Assembly (NCBI GenBank): GCA_965205265.1
Contig: CBDBGH010000003.1
Location: 1,472,001 to 1,536,000 of the forward strand
Reading direction: 5' to 3'
DNA length: 64,000 nt
From: Alphaproteobacteria bacterium
GTDB lineage: Bacteria; Pseudomonadota; Alphaproteobacteria; Bin95
Part shown: one piece after another, positions 40,710-50,423 of the stretch
Layout: each line of letters begins with the position of its first letter
How positions within the stretch are numbered: position 1 is the first letter of the stretch
The notes under the pieces: generated by a model
The model's input: only the letters and a program-made list of their open reading frames with translations
What the model was told of the DNA's origin: nothing
The model's database searches: none
Translations under genes and position numbers: made by a program

Positions 40710-40752
40710 GGCACGGTCAGGCGTTCGGAGGAAATCCACCGGCCGTCACCCG

Positions 40753-40861
40753 GTTCGTCGCTCCGGTCCCCGAGCCGGAGCCTATCCCCGACTGTTGCGT
40801 CCTGACCGAGGGGCGGGAGATGGACCCCGGCTCTCCGCTACGCTCCGGCCGGGGTGACGAT
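40753..40861. repeat. REP-like palindromic element between convergent genes
   Basis: CGTCACCC...GGGTGACG outer arms with an internal GGACCCCGGC...CCGGGG hairpin. Confidence 0.55.
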
Positions 40862-40893
40862 CTTTGGATAGGCCCCACAGGCCTCCGCTTGAG

Positions 40894-41547
40894 TCAGGCG
40901 TTCGGCGACAGGCCCATCTGCCAGAAATCGATCTCGAGGCGCGTCGCGTCGCCGAAAATGCGTTCGAGTCCCGGGAGCCGCGCCGGTCCCCCGCGCCGGG
41001 CGAACAGGTCGTCGAGCTGGGCAATCGCTGCCGCCGCCGTCTCCTGGTACTCCCGGCCGGCATACATCTCGATCCATGCCCCGTAAGGGTTGCCCCTCGC
41101 GGAACTTGCGAGCGCGCGGCCGATTTCCGCATAGCCCACGATGCAGGGCGCGAGCGCGACATGCAGGTCGAGCAGGTCGCCGGCGAGCCCGCGCTCCAGC
41201 ACATAGCGGGTATAGGCCATGGTCGCCGGCGCTTCTGGCAGGGCGGCCATGTCCGCCTCTTCCAGCCCCCAGCCCTTGCAGAAGGCGACGTGGAGGCGCA
41301 TTTCCGTGTCGGCGATGGCAAGCGCGGTTTCCGCCCCGTGGCGGATGTCCGCAAGCGACTCGCCCTTGAACGCCGCCAGCGCATAGGCACGCGCGAAATG
41401 GACCAGGAAAAGGTAGTCCTGCTCCAGATAGCGGCGGAAACAGGCCTCCGGCAGGCTGCCGTCGCCGACGGCGCGCACGAAGGGGTGGTCGATATAGGCC
41501 TGCCAGTCCGCGGATGCGGCCGCTTTCAGCCGGTCGAACAGGGCCAT
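40894..41547 (-). CDS. tenA: Thiaminase II / TenA family protein
   Basis: HPFV, YL.QDY.FL, E..LH, PC.VGY, WI..Y, E..FW. Confidence 0.9.
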   Translation of the reverse strand: MALFDRLKAAASADWQAYIDHPFVRAVGDGSLPEACFRRYLEQDYLFLVHFARAYALAAFKGESLADIRHGAETALAIADTEMRLHVAFCKGWGLEEADMAALPEAPATMAYTRYVLERGLAGDLLDLHVALAPCIVGYAEIGRALASSARGNPYGAWIEMYAGREYQETAAAAIAQLDDLFARRGGPARLPGLERIFGDATRLEIDFWQMGLSPNA

Positions 41548-41873
41548 CAGAGCAGCGACCGGGTTTCTTCGGGAAGCGAAACGCGAATTCCGTCGAGTTC
41601 GTCCGTCACTGCAATCTGGCACCCGAGCCGCGAGGTCGGCGTCAGGCCGAAGGCAAGGTCGAGCATGTCCTCCTCGTCCTCATCCGGCTCCGCCAGCCTC
41701 TCGTACCAGTCCTCATCGACGATCACATGGCAGGTCGAGCAGGCGAGCGAGCCTTCGCAGGCGCCTTCGATGTCGATGTCGTATTTGCGCGAGATTTCCA
41801 GAATCGTCATGCCCGCCGGCGGCTCGACTGTCTGCTCGCTTCCATCCGGGCTGACAAAGGTAATCTTCGGCAT
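41547..41873 (-). CDS. 2Fe-2S ferredoxin (adrenodoxin type)
   Basis: [20 protein letters not shown]. Confidence 0.93.
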   Translation of the reverse strand: MPKITFVSPDGSEQTVEPPAGMTILEISRKYDIDIEGACEGSLACSTCHVIVDEDWYERLAEPDEDEEDMLDLAFGLTPTSRLGCQIAVTDELDGIRVSLPEETRSLL

Positions 41874-41900
41874 AACACCCATCCTGTAAGGCGCGCCTTC

Positions 41901-42935
41901 CTACCCCCTTCGCAACCTTGCCGCAAGGCGGTTCCAGGCCTCTGCAAAGGCGTCGATATCCGCTTCCGAGAGGCCCGGTCCGAGGCTGACCCGGATGGCC
42001 TCGCCCGCCGCCGGTTCACCCGTGCCCATCGCCAGCAGCACATGCGAGGCATCCACCTTTCCCGAGGAGCAGGCAGCGCCGGCGCTTACCGCGAATCCCT
42101 CAAGATCGAAGGCCATCACCTGGGTCTCCCCGGAGACGCCGGGCATACCGATACAGCTTGTGTTCCCGAGCCGGGGTCCGTCGCTTCCGTAGATGACAGC
42201 GCCTTCGAGCCGGGCCTCCAGCCGGTCGCGGAGCGCCGTCATGTCGGGGAGCGGATGCGCGACCGCGCCGAAGCCGGCAATGCCGACGACATTTTCCGTG
42301 CCGCCCCGCCGCCGGCGTTCCTGCGCGCCGCGGATCGCGCCGTCGAGCGCGCGCTCCGTGCGCAGCACCAGCGCGCCGACGCCCATCGGCCCGCCGAGCT
42401 TGTGCGCCGAGAGCGCCAGCGAATCCGCCTCGATGGCGGCAAGGTCGAGCCGCCCGGCCGCCTGCACCGCGTCGCAATGCCAGAGCCCGCCGGTCTCCCG
42501 CACCCGCCGTCCGGTTTCCTCAAGAGGATGGATGGCCCCGGTTTCGTTGTTGGCGGCCATCAGCGCGACGGCCGCGCCCGGCGGGATCGATTCGGGGCGA
42601 ATGCGTCCGCCGCCGTCCACGGCGAGGCGCGGACCGGCGATATGGTCGAGCACGGATGCATGCTCGCTCGCCCCCGCCAGCCATTCGCGCCCGGCGAGCG
42701 CGAGCGCGTTCGCCTCGGTGCCGCCGGAGGTGAACACGACCTGCTCCGGCGCCGCGCAGGCAAAGGCCGCGACCCGCGCCCGCGCCTCCTCGACGAGGCG
42801 TCGTGCGGCGCGCCCCTCGCCATGCACGGAGGAAGGGTTGCCGAGCACGGCCATCGCGGCCGCCATGGCCTCCTGCGCAGCCGGAGCCAGCGGCGCGGTG
42901 GCGTTCCAGTCCATGTAAATGCGGCGTTTTGCCAT
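41901..42935 (-). CDS. Cysteine desulfurase (NifS/IscS-like)
   Basis: Y.D.NAT, GNPSS.H, SAHK.GGP, GTEN, SAGAACSSG. Confidence 0.92.
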   Translation of the reverse strand: MAKRRIYMDWNATAPLAPAAQEAMAAAMAVLGNPSSVHGEGRAARRLVEEARARVAAFACAAPEQVVFTSGGTEANALALAGREWLAGASEHASVLDHIAGPRLAVDGGGRIRPESIPPGAAVALMAANNETGAIHPLEETGRRVRETGGLWHCDAVQAAGRLDLAAIEADSLALSAHKLGGPMGVGALVLRTERALDGAIRGAQERRRRGGTENVVGIAGFGAVAHPLPDMTALRDRLEARLEGAVIYGSDGPRLGNTSCIGMPGVSGETQVMAFDLEGFAVSAGAACSSGKVDASHVLLAMGTGEPAAGEAIRVSLGPGLSEADIDAFAEAWNRLAARLRRG

Positions 42936-43053
42936 GATGCGGCCTCTTGACGGCCCGAACCGACCGACCCAGTTAGATCGCGCTCATCCGATAAGGAAAG
43001 CCCCTCCGGCGGCAGGCCTGCCGCCCGGACCGAAGGAACGGGATTCCACGCCC

Positions 43054-43704
43054 ATGCCCGACGTTATCGTGAACGGCCCCGAGGGCCGGCTCGAAGCGCG
43101 CTACCATCATGTCGACGACCAGGCGGCCCCGATTGCGCTGATGCTCCACCCGCATCCGCAGCATGGCGGCACGATGCACAACAAGGTGGTTTACAACCTG
43201 TTCCATTGCTTCGTCCGGCGCGGGTTCTCGGTCATGCGCTTCAACTTCCGCGGCGTCGGGCGCTCGCAGGGCGAATACGGGCGCGGAGAAGGCGAACTCG
43301 CCGACGCGGCGGCCATCCTCGACCACATGCAAAGCCTCAGGAAGGACCCCGTCAAGGTCTGGATCGCGGGCTTTTCCTTCGGCGCCTGGATCGGCATGCA
43401 GCTGCTGATGCGCCGGCCGGAGATTTCCGGCTTCATCTCCGTCGCCCCGCCGGCGAACATGTACGACTTCTCCTTCCTGGCGCCCTGCCCGTCCTCGGGC
43501 CTGATCGTCAACGGCACGAAGGACGAGATCGTGACGACCGATTCGGTCGAGAAGCTGGTCGAGAAGCTGCGCACCCAGCGCGGCATCGTCATCGACCACA
43601 AGGTCATCCCCGGCGCCAACCACCTCTTCACCCGGCATCTCGAACAGCTGAACGGCGCGGTCGAGAGCTATCTGGACAAGCGCCTAGCAGCAGACAGCGG
43701 CTGA
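43054..43704 (+). CDS. Alpha/beta hydrolase
   Basis: HPHPQHGG.M, FNFRGVG.S.G, GFSFG. Confidence 0.9.
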   Translation: MPDVIVNGPEGRLEARYHHVDDQAAPIALMLHPHPQHGGTMHNKVVYNLFHCFVRRGFSVMRFNFRGVGRSQGEYGRGEGELADAAAILDHMQSLRKDPVKVWIAGFSFGAWIGMQLLMRRPEISGFISVAPPANMYDFSFLAPCPSSGLIVNGTKDEIVTTDSVEKLVEKLRTQRGIVIDHKVIPGANHLFTRHLEQLNGAVESYLDKRLAADSG

Positions 43705-43855
43705 CCCGGGTTATCCTCCGGCGTCATGAGCCCGGCGGCGCAGGCCGTGACATCGGCGAGACTTCCGCGCTAGGCTCCCTCCCGACGGGAGGCGCGCGGC
43801 CCCGACGGAACGGAGGGCCGCAAGTCCGCAAGCCTCCGTATAAAGGGAGAGAAAA

Positions 43856-44878
43856 ATGAAGAACGGAATCCGGTCGCTATGCAAGGCGGCCCTGCTGGCC
43901 GTTTCCGCCGCCGCGGTCGGCGCGGCGGCCCAGGCCGAAGAGATCAAGCTGCGCTGGGGCCACTACCTGCCGGACAGCGGTTTCGTGCAGGTGGAGAAGA
44001 ACTTCGCCAAGAAGATCGAGGAGCGCACGAACGGCCGTGTGAAGATCGAGATCACCTTCGCCGGCGGCCTCGGCAAGGGGCCGGAAGTGGCCACGCTCGC
44101 AGGCCGCGGCGCCATCGACATGGCGTCGGTTGCGCCGGGCTACTACCCGGACCAGCTGCTGTTCTGGAAAGCCTGCCAGATCCCCTTCGTCTTCGACGAG
44201 CCAAAGGAAGCGATCGAGATCCTCTACAGGTCCTACCAGGAGTTCCCGATCTTCAAGGAGGAGCTCGACAGGATGAACGTCATGTACCTGTTCCAGCAGC
44301 CGCTGGGCTCCTACTACATGACGGGCCCGGATCCGAACTGCGACACCGTCGAGGGGCTGAAGGGCAAGAAGATCCGCAGTTTCGGCGCGGACCTGCCGAA
44401 GATGCACGCCGCCATCGGCGCGGTCCCGGTCACGGTCGCGCCTGTCGAGGTCTATGAAGCACTGCAGCGCGGGACCATCGACTACTCGTTCCTGAATGCC
44501 GGCAATGTCGAGAGCCTGCGCCTCTACGAGCCCGGCAAATACAGCTGCGGCACCGCCATGACGATTGCGGGCCACCTGATCGTCATCGGCAAGGGGAGCT
44601 GGGACAAGCTGCCGGCGGACGTGCAGGAAATTTTCGCCGACCAGGCGAGGAAGAGCCAGCAGGAATATCTCGACTGGCTGGAGACCGGCACGGCCTCGTC
44701 CATCGCCAACATCGAGAAGGCGGGCGGCGTCTTCAAGGAGTTCCCGGCCTCGGAGCTGGCCAAGTGGGTGGCCGCCACACCCGACCTGCTGAAGGGCTGG
44801 GAGGAGAGCATGGCCGAGCGCGGCCTGGGCGACCAGGCGAAGGAAGTCCGCGCGGCCTGGCGCGAGTGGGCGAAGTAG
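43856..44878 (+). CDS. dctP: TRAP transporter substrate-binding protein
   Basis: Signal peptide, KG.KIR, EVYEALQRG.ID; first gene of a P-Q-M cluster. Confidence 0.9.
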   Translation: MKNGIRSLCKAALLAVSAAAVGAAAQAEEIKLRWGHYLPDSGFVQVEKNFAKKIEERTNGRVKIEITFAGGLGKGPEVATLAGRGAIDMASVAPGYYPDQLLFWKACQIPFVFDEPKEAIEILYRSYQEFPIFKEELDRMNVMYLFQQPLGSYYMTGPDPNCDTVEGLKGKKIRSFGADLPKMHAAIGAVPVTVAPVEVYEALQRGTIDYSFLNAGNVESLRLYEPGKYSCGTAMTIAGHLIVIGKGSWDKLPADVQEIFADQARKSQQEYLDWLETGTASSIANIEKAGGVFKEFPASELAKWVAATPDLLKGWEESMAERGLGDQAKEVRAAWREWAK

Positions 44879-44978
44879 GGCCCGCAACCGTCCTTCCGCC
44901 TCTTCCGGGGGCAAACGACACCGCGGCTCCGGCGCATGCCGGGGCCGCGGTTGCGCTGCCTGAGGACATCGACCCGAT

Positions 44979-45584
44979 ATGACGATGAACAGGCTCACCC
45001 GCCTGCTGGAACCCGTCGCGCTGGGCATCCTCCTGGTCGGCGGGCTGGGCCTGATCGTCTCGACATTCCTCGGCACCGCCGATGTGGTCGGCACGCAGAT
45101 GTTCGGCGTGCCGGTGCCGGGCGCTACAGAAATCACCGAGAGCACGATGGTGCTCATCGTCTTCGGCGCGCTGACCTACACCCAGATCCGCCGCAGCCAC
45201 ATCCGGGTCGAGCTGCTCTACATGCGGGCCGGGGCCCGCGGACAGGCGGCGATGGACGTGTTCGCGAGCCTGATGGCGCTTCTGTTCTTCTCGCTGCTGC
45301 TCTGGCAGGCGACCAACGAGGCGCTGTTCAGCATCCAGATCGACGAGGCGACATTCGGCCTCGTGCGGATGCCGCTCTGGCCGGCGCGCATCGTGCTCGC
45401 GGCCGGGACGGCGCTGCTCATCCTCCAGCTCCTGCTCGACCTGGCTGCGGACCTCGACCGCCTCATCAGGGGCGGCGAAGCGCTCTCGGTGGACGAGATC
45501 ATCGAACGGGACATCGGCGGTCTCGGCAATATCCCGGCGGCGCCGGACGCGACCGGCTATTTCGACGACGGGGAGGACCGCTAG
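44979..45584 (+). CDS. dctQ: TRAP transporter small permease
   Basis: Four TM segments, HIRVE motif. Confidence 0.88.
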   Translation: MTMNRLTRLLEPVALGILLVGGLGLIVSTFLGTADVVGTQMFGVPVPGATEITESTMVLIVFGALTYTQIRRSHIRVELLYMRAGARGQAAMDVFASLMALLFFSLLLWQATNEALFSIQIDEATFGLVRMPLWPARIVLAAGTALLILQLLLDLAADLDRLIRGGEALSVDEIIERDIGGLGNIPAAPDATGYFDDGEDR

Positions 45585-45587
45585 GCC

Positions 45588-46898
45588 GTGCTGGACCCCG
45601 CGACCGTCGGCGTCCTCGTCGCCATTGCGCTCGCCGCGATGCTTGGCGCGGGCGTGCATATCGGCGTGGCGCTCGGGCTTGCCGGCGTCTGGGGCACCTT
45701 CCTCGCCATCGGGCCGGACGCCGCCTGGGCGCAGCTTGCGACCATTCCCTTCAGCACCACGAACTCCTTCACGCTCGCGGTCATTCCGCTGTTCATCCTG
45801 ATGGGCTCGCTGGCGACCCAGGCGGGGCTGACGACGGATCTCTACCGCGCGGCCTACAACTGGCTGGGACGCCTGCCCGGCGGGCTCGCCATGGCAACGA
45901 CGCTCGCCTCGGCCGCCTTCGGCGCGGCGAGCGGCTCCACCGTGGTCAACGCCGCCGTGTTCACCAAGATGGCGCTGCCGCAGATGACCTCCTTCGGCTA
46001 CGACCGGCGCCTCAGCGCCGGCTGCATCGCCGCCTCGGGCACGCTCGCCTCGCTCATTCCGCCGAGCATCCTGATGGTCATCTACGCCATCCTGACCGAG
46101 CAGTCGGTGGCGCTGCTGCTTGTGGCCGGGCTGGTGCCGGGCCTGTTGTCCGCGGCCCTCTATATGGGCGGCATCTACGCCATCGCGAAACGCTTCCCGA
46201 AGCTTGCGCCGCCCTCGGAGATCCGGGTTTCTTGGGCCCGGCGCTGGCGCTCTCTTTACGGCGTGTGGGGCATCGCCTTCCTGTTCCTGCTGGTGATCGG
46301 CGGCATCTATACCGGGTTCTTCGTGCCGACCTATGCCGGCGCCATCGGCGCTTTCGGGGCGTTCCTGATCGTGCTCTTCAAGCGCCGGCTGAACGCCCGC
46401 ACCGCCGTCGATACCTTCAAGGACGCCGGCATCACCACCTCGTCGATCTTCATCATCGTGATCGGCGGCATCGTCTTCGCGCGCTACCTGACCTACACCG
46501 GCATCGTCAACGACATCACCGGCGCATTGCTGGCGCTGGAGCTCGGCAAATACACCTACCTGTTCGCCTTTGCCGCCATCTATCTCGTGCTCGGCATGCT
46601 GATCGACCCCATTGCGATCATGGTCATCACCCTGCCGGTCATGTATCCGATCCTCACCAAGGCCGGCTTCGACCCGATCTGGCTCGGAGTCATCGCGATC
46701 AAGCTCGCGGAGGTCTCGCTAATCACACCGCCCGTGGGCCTCAATGTCTATGTCGTGCGCAGCGCCTCGCCGATTCCGCTGAAGCTGGAGGAAGTCTTTG
46801 CGGGCGTGATGCCCTTCCTCGCCATCGACGTGCTGACGCTGCTGCTGCTGATCGCGATTCCCGAGATCAGCCTCTTCCTGCCGTCGCTGATGCGATGA
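45588..46898 (+). CDS. dctM: TRAP transporter large permease
   Basis: IPLFILMG, LIPPS, ITPPVGLN. Confidence 0.92.
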   Translation: MLDPATVGVLVAIALAAMLGAGVHIGVALGLAGVWGTFLAIGPDAAWAQLATIPFSTTNSFTLAVIPLFILMGSLATQAGLTTDLYRAAYNWLGRLPGGLAMATTLASAAFGAASGSTVVNAAVFTKMALPQMTSFGYDRRLSAGCIAASGTLASLIPPSILMVIYAILTEQSVALLLVAGLVPGLLSAALYMGGIYAIAKRFPKLAPPSEIRVSWARRWRSLYGVWGIAFLFLLVIGGIYTGFFVPTYAGAIGAFGAFLIVLFKRRLNARTAVDTFKDAGITTSSIFIIVIGGIVFARYLTYTGIVNDITGALLALELGKYTYLFAFAAIYLVLGMLIDPIAIMVITLPVMYPILTKAGFDPIWLGVIAIKLAEVSLITPPVGLNVYVVRSASPIPLKLEEVFAGVMPFLAIDVLTLLLLIAIPEISLFLPSLMR

Positions 46899-46915
46899 CG
46901 GCCGCCGCCTTCCGG

Positions 46916-47926
46916 TCAATAGGCGCGCTCGACGCAGAAATCGGCGATATCGGCCAGCACCGCACGCACCGGCCCGTCCGGAAAAGGCTCCAGCGCGCGC
47001 TTGGCGTCCTCGGCGCTGGACCGGGCCCGCTCCAGCGTCTCCGACAGGGAATCGTGGCGCCGCATGAGGGCGACGGCCCTGCCGAAATCCTCGACCTGCC
47101 GCCCTTCCCCGCAGAGGACCCGGCGCCAGAAGGCCCGCTCCTCCTCATTGCCCCGGCCGTAGGCGAGAATGACCGGCAGTGTCACCTTGCCCTCGGCGAA
47201 ATCGTCGCCCACGGTCTTGCCCAGCTCGGCCTGCCGGGCGGAATAGTCGAGCACGTCATCGACAAGCTGGAAGGCAATGCCGAGGTTCAGGCCAAAGGCT
47301 TCCAGCGCCTCGGCCTCGGCGCGCGGCCGGTCCGCGATGACGGCGCCGATGCGGCACGCCGCAGCGAAAAGCGCGGCGGTCTTGCCTTCGACAACCTTCA
47401 GGTAGTCGGCAATCCCCGTCTCCGGCCGGCTGACGGTGGCGAGCTGGCGCACCTCGCCCTCGGCGATCGTCGCGGAGGCGTTGGCGAGAATCCCCAGCAC
47501 CTCCAGCGAGCCGGCATCGACCATGAGCTGGAAGGACCGGCTGAACAGGAAGTCCCCGACAAGCACGCTCGCCTGGTTCCCCCAGACGGCATTGGCGGTC
47601 TCCGCGCCGCGCCGCAACATGCTTTCGTCCACGACATCGTCGTGCAGCAGCGTGGCCGTATGGATGAATTCGACACAGGCTGCGAGTTCGACATGGTGCC
47701 GTCCCTCGTAGCCGCAGAGGCGCGCCGACGCCAATGTGAGCATCGGGCGCAGGCGCTTGCCGCCGGATGCGACGATATGGCCGGCCAGTTGCGGGATCAG
47801 CGCGACCTCGTTCTGCATCCGCTCGAGGATCAGCGCGTTGACGCGCGCCATGTCCGCCCCGACGAGCGCGTGCAGCGCGGCCAGCGGCTCTGTCGGTGGC
47901 GGGGATGTCGCCGCTGCTAGTGTCAC
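46916..47926 (-). CDS. ispB: Polyprenyl diphosphate synthase
   Basis: GGKRLRP, LLHDDVVD...RRG, FQLVDD.LD; start uncertain. Confidence 0.9.
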   Translation of the reverse strand: MTLAAATSPPPTEPLAALHALVGADMARVNALILERMQNEVALIPQLAGHIVASGGKRLRPMLTLASARLCGYEGRHHVELAACVEFIHTATLLHDDVVDESMLRRGAETANAVWGNQASVLVGDFLFSRSFQLMVDAGSLEVLGILANASATIAEGEVRQLATVSRPETGIADYLKVVEGKTAALFAAACRIGAVIADRPRAEAEALEAFGLNLGIAFQLVDDVLDYSARQAELGKTVGDDFAEGKVTLPVILAYGRGNEEERAFWRRVLCGEGRQVEDFGRAVALMRRHDSLSETLERARSSAEDAKRALEPFPDGPVRAVLADIADFCVERAY

Positions 47927-48006
47927 GGGGATACGATTGACCTTCAGGCGCGGGAGGGGCGAGCATAGGGCGGGCGGGAGGCCGGTCAAGCTTTGGGAAC
48001 TGCGGA

Positions 48007-48225
48007 TTGAAAGCTGTATTGAAAACTACCGATCCGGTTGCGATTTCCTGGCTGGTCGCCGAGCTCTCGGCGCGCGGCGTGGAAGCCGTTGTGCTCGACA
48101 GCCATGCCAGCATCGTCGAGGGCAGCATCGGCATCCTTCCCCGGCGGGTGATGGTGGCCGACAAGGACTATCTCGAAGCGCGCCGCCTGCTCGAATCCGC
48201 GCAACAGGACCTGGGCGGACTGTGA
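48007..48225 (+). CDS. DUF2007 family protein
   Basis: T.DPV, SI.EGSIGILPRRVMV. Confidence 0.85.
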   Translation: MKAVLKTTDPVAISWLVAELSARGVEAVVLDSHASIVEGSIGILPRRVMVADKDYLEARRLLESAQQDLGGL

Positions 48226-48983
48226 ACGAAGCCGTCAGCGAAGACACCCTGCTGGGCGGCAGGGTCCGGCTGCGGCAGTCCGCAAAGGGCTACCGGGTCG
48301 CAATAGACCCCGTGCTGCTGGCTGCGGCGGTGCCCGCCCGGCCGGGAGAGCAGGTGCTGGAAATCGGCGCGGGCACCGGCGCTGCGGCCCTGTGTCTGGC
48401 AAGCCGCGTGGAAGGATGCATCGTCACCGGGCTCGAGCGCGACCGGGAGCTTGCCGGGCTCTGCCGGGAGAATGTCGAGGCGAACGGCTTCGAGCGCACC
48501 GTCGATGTCATGGTCGGCGACCTGCGCGCCCCGCCGGCCCGCCTCGGGCCCGCGAGCTTCGACCATGCGATGGCGAACCCGCCCTGGCTCTCGAAGACGG
48601 CCGGCCCTTCGCCCCGGAACCGGCAGCGCGCGCGGGCGCATGTCGAGCAGGGCGCGGACCTCATGCACTGGGTGCGCTTCGCGGCCACCATGCTGCGGCG
48701 GGGCGGCACGTTGACCACGATCCTGACCGCCGAGCGTCTGGACGAGCACCTTGCCGCCTACACCGCCTCCGGAATCGGGGAGACTGCGGTCGTCCCCCTC
48801 TGGTCGAAGAACGACGGCCGCCCGGCCCACCGCGTCATACTGCGTGGACGCAAGGACATCCGGGCGCCGGTTTCGCTGCTTCCCGGATTCGTCCTGCATG
48901 TCGGAAATGGCAGCTACTCACCTGAAATAGAACAAATATTGCGTAATGGCGGAGCGCTGGACTTTACATGGCGGCGCCGATAG
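48222..48983 (+). CDS. tRNA1(Val) A37 N6-methyltransferase-like protein
   Basis: GYR..IDPVLLAA, EIGAGTG, ANPP. Confidence 0.85.
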   Translation: MNEAVSEDTLLGGRVRLRQSAKGYRVAIDPVLLAAAVPARPGEQVLEIGAGTGAAALCLASRVEGCIVTGLERDRELAGLCRENVEANGFERTVDVMVGDLRAPPARLGPASFDHAMANPPWLSKTAGPSPRNRQRARAHVEQGADLMHWVRFAATMLRRGGTLTTILTAERLDEHLAAYTASGIGETAVVPLWSKNDGRPAHRVILRGRKDIRAPVSLLPGFVLHVGNGSYSPEIEQILRNGGALDFTWRRR

Positions 48984-49041
48984 TCGAAAGCTCTGCCGCC
49001 CCCTTTCCCAACTCGCAATCCAACACAGGAGAAAGACCCCC

Positions 49042-49401
49042 ATGAGCATCGAACGATTCGACCGCACGAGCCCGCCCGGGCCCATGATGAGCCGCTGCGT
49101 CGTCCGGGGCGACACGGTGTATCTGGCCGGCCTCGTGGCGCGTGACACGAGCGGCGATGTCGAGGCGCAGACCGCGGATATCCTCGAGCAGATCGACGGC
49201 TATCTGGAGCGCGCCGGCACCTCGAAATCCAGCCTGCTGACGGCCAATCTCTGGATCACCGACATGGCCAATTTCGCGGCCATGAACAAGGTCTGGAACG
49301 GTTGGGTCGATCCCGAGAACCCGCCGGCCCGCGCCTGCGTGAAGGCGGATCTGGCGCGGCCCGAGATCCTCGTCGAGATCATGGTGACGGCAGCGCGCTG
49401 A
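49042..49401 (+). CDS. RidA family protein
   Basis: VYLAG, MN.VW..W, PARACV, VEIMV.AA. Confidence 0.9.
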   Translation: MSIERFDRTSPPGPMMSRCVVRGDTVYLAGLVARDTSGDVEAQTADILEQIDGYLERAGTSKSSLLTANLWITDMANFAAMNKVWNGWVDPENPPARACVKADLARPEILVEIMVTAAR

Positions 49402-49428
49402 CGCTGGCGACGAAACGGGAGGCGGCCA

Positions 49429-50397
49429 GTGGCGGAAGCTGCTTCGACCGCCCCCGTCTGGGCCTTGACGACCGGCGAAGCCGGCGCGGCCGGGCAGGCC
49501 GAGGGGCTGGCGGCGGCGGTCGGGCGGCCTTTCGAGGTCAGGACCGTCCGCCTGCGCCGCCCCTGGTCGTGGCTGCCGGCGCACCGGCAGGCGCCGGGCC
49601 TGCTTCAAACCGGACTGGTGGAAAGCCTCGGGCCCCCCTGGCCGGAACTGCTGATTACCTGCGGCCGGCGAAGCGCCTCGGTCTCCATCGCTGTCCGCCG
49701 CGCTTCCGCCGGGCGGTGCTTCACCGTCCATATCCAGAATCCGCGCGTGCCGCTGCGCCATTTCGACTTGGTGGTGCCGCCCCGCCATGACGGCATCGGC
49801 GGCTCCAATGTGCTGGAGACGCGGGTTGCGCTCCACCGCCTGACGCCGGACGCGCTCGCTTCTGCCGGCGAGGCATGGCGGGAGAGGCTCGGCGATCTGA
49901 ATGTCGCCGTGCTGCTCGGCGGCAGAAGCCGCTCCCACCGCTTCACGCCCGAAACCGTGAAGGCGCTGGCGGACGGGCTCGCAGGACTGGAGGGGCCGGT
50001 TGCCGTCACCGCCTCCCGGCGAACGGAGCCGGATGTCGTCGCCGCCCTCAAGGCGCGTTTGCCGGACGCCTGGTTCTGGGACGGGAGCGGCTGCAACCCC
50101 TATCCCGGCATGCTGGCGCTGGCCCGGCATATCGTAGTCACGGAAGACTCGGTCTCCATGACCAGCGAGGCCGTATCGACCGGCAGGCCCGTCTATGCGG
50201 CACGCATGGCGGGCGGCAACCGGCGGCTTGCGCGCTTTCAGGCGGCGCTGAGGGCGGAAGGCGTCGTCCGCCCGTTCCAAGGCCGTCTGGAGGAATGGCG
50301 GTACGAGCCGATCGACGAAACCCCGCGCGTCGCCGCCGAATTGCTCCGGCGCATGGACGCAAGGAATTTGCAGGCGGGGCGATTGCGGGGAGAATAG
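49429..50397 (+). CDS. ELM1-like family protein
   Basis: HIQNP, FDLVV.P.HD, SRRT, NPY, VTEDSVSM.SEA. Confidence 0.88.
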   Translation: MAEAASTAPVWALTTGEAGAAGQAEGLAAAVGRPFEVRTVRLRRPWSWLPAHRQAPGLLQTGLVESLGPPWPELLITCGRRSASVSIAVRRASAGRCFTVHIQNPRVPLRHFDLVVPPRHDGIGGSNVLETRVALHRLTPDALASAGEAWRERLGDLNVAVLLGGRSRSHRFTPETVKALADGLAGLEGPVAVTASRRTEPDVVAALKARLPDAWFWDGSGCNPYPGMLALARHIVVTEDSVSMTSEAVSTGRPVYAARMAGGNRRLARFQAALRAEGVVRPFQGRLEEWRYEPIDETPRVAAELLRRMDARNLQAGRLRGE

Positions 50398-50423
50398 CAG
50401 CAGATTGTCTCGGGAGGCTTGCG

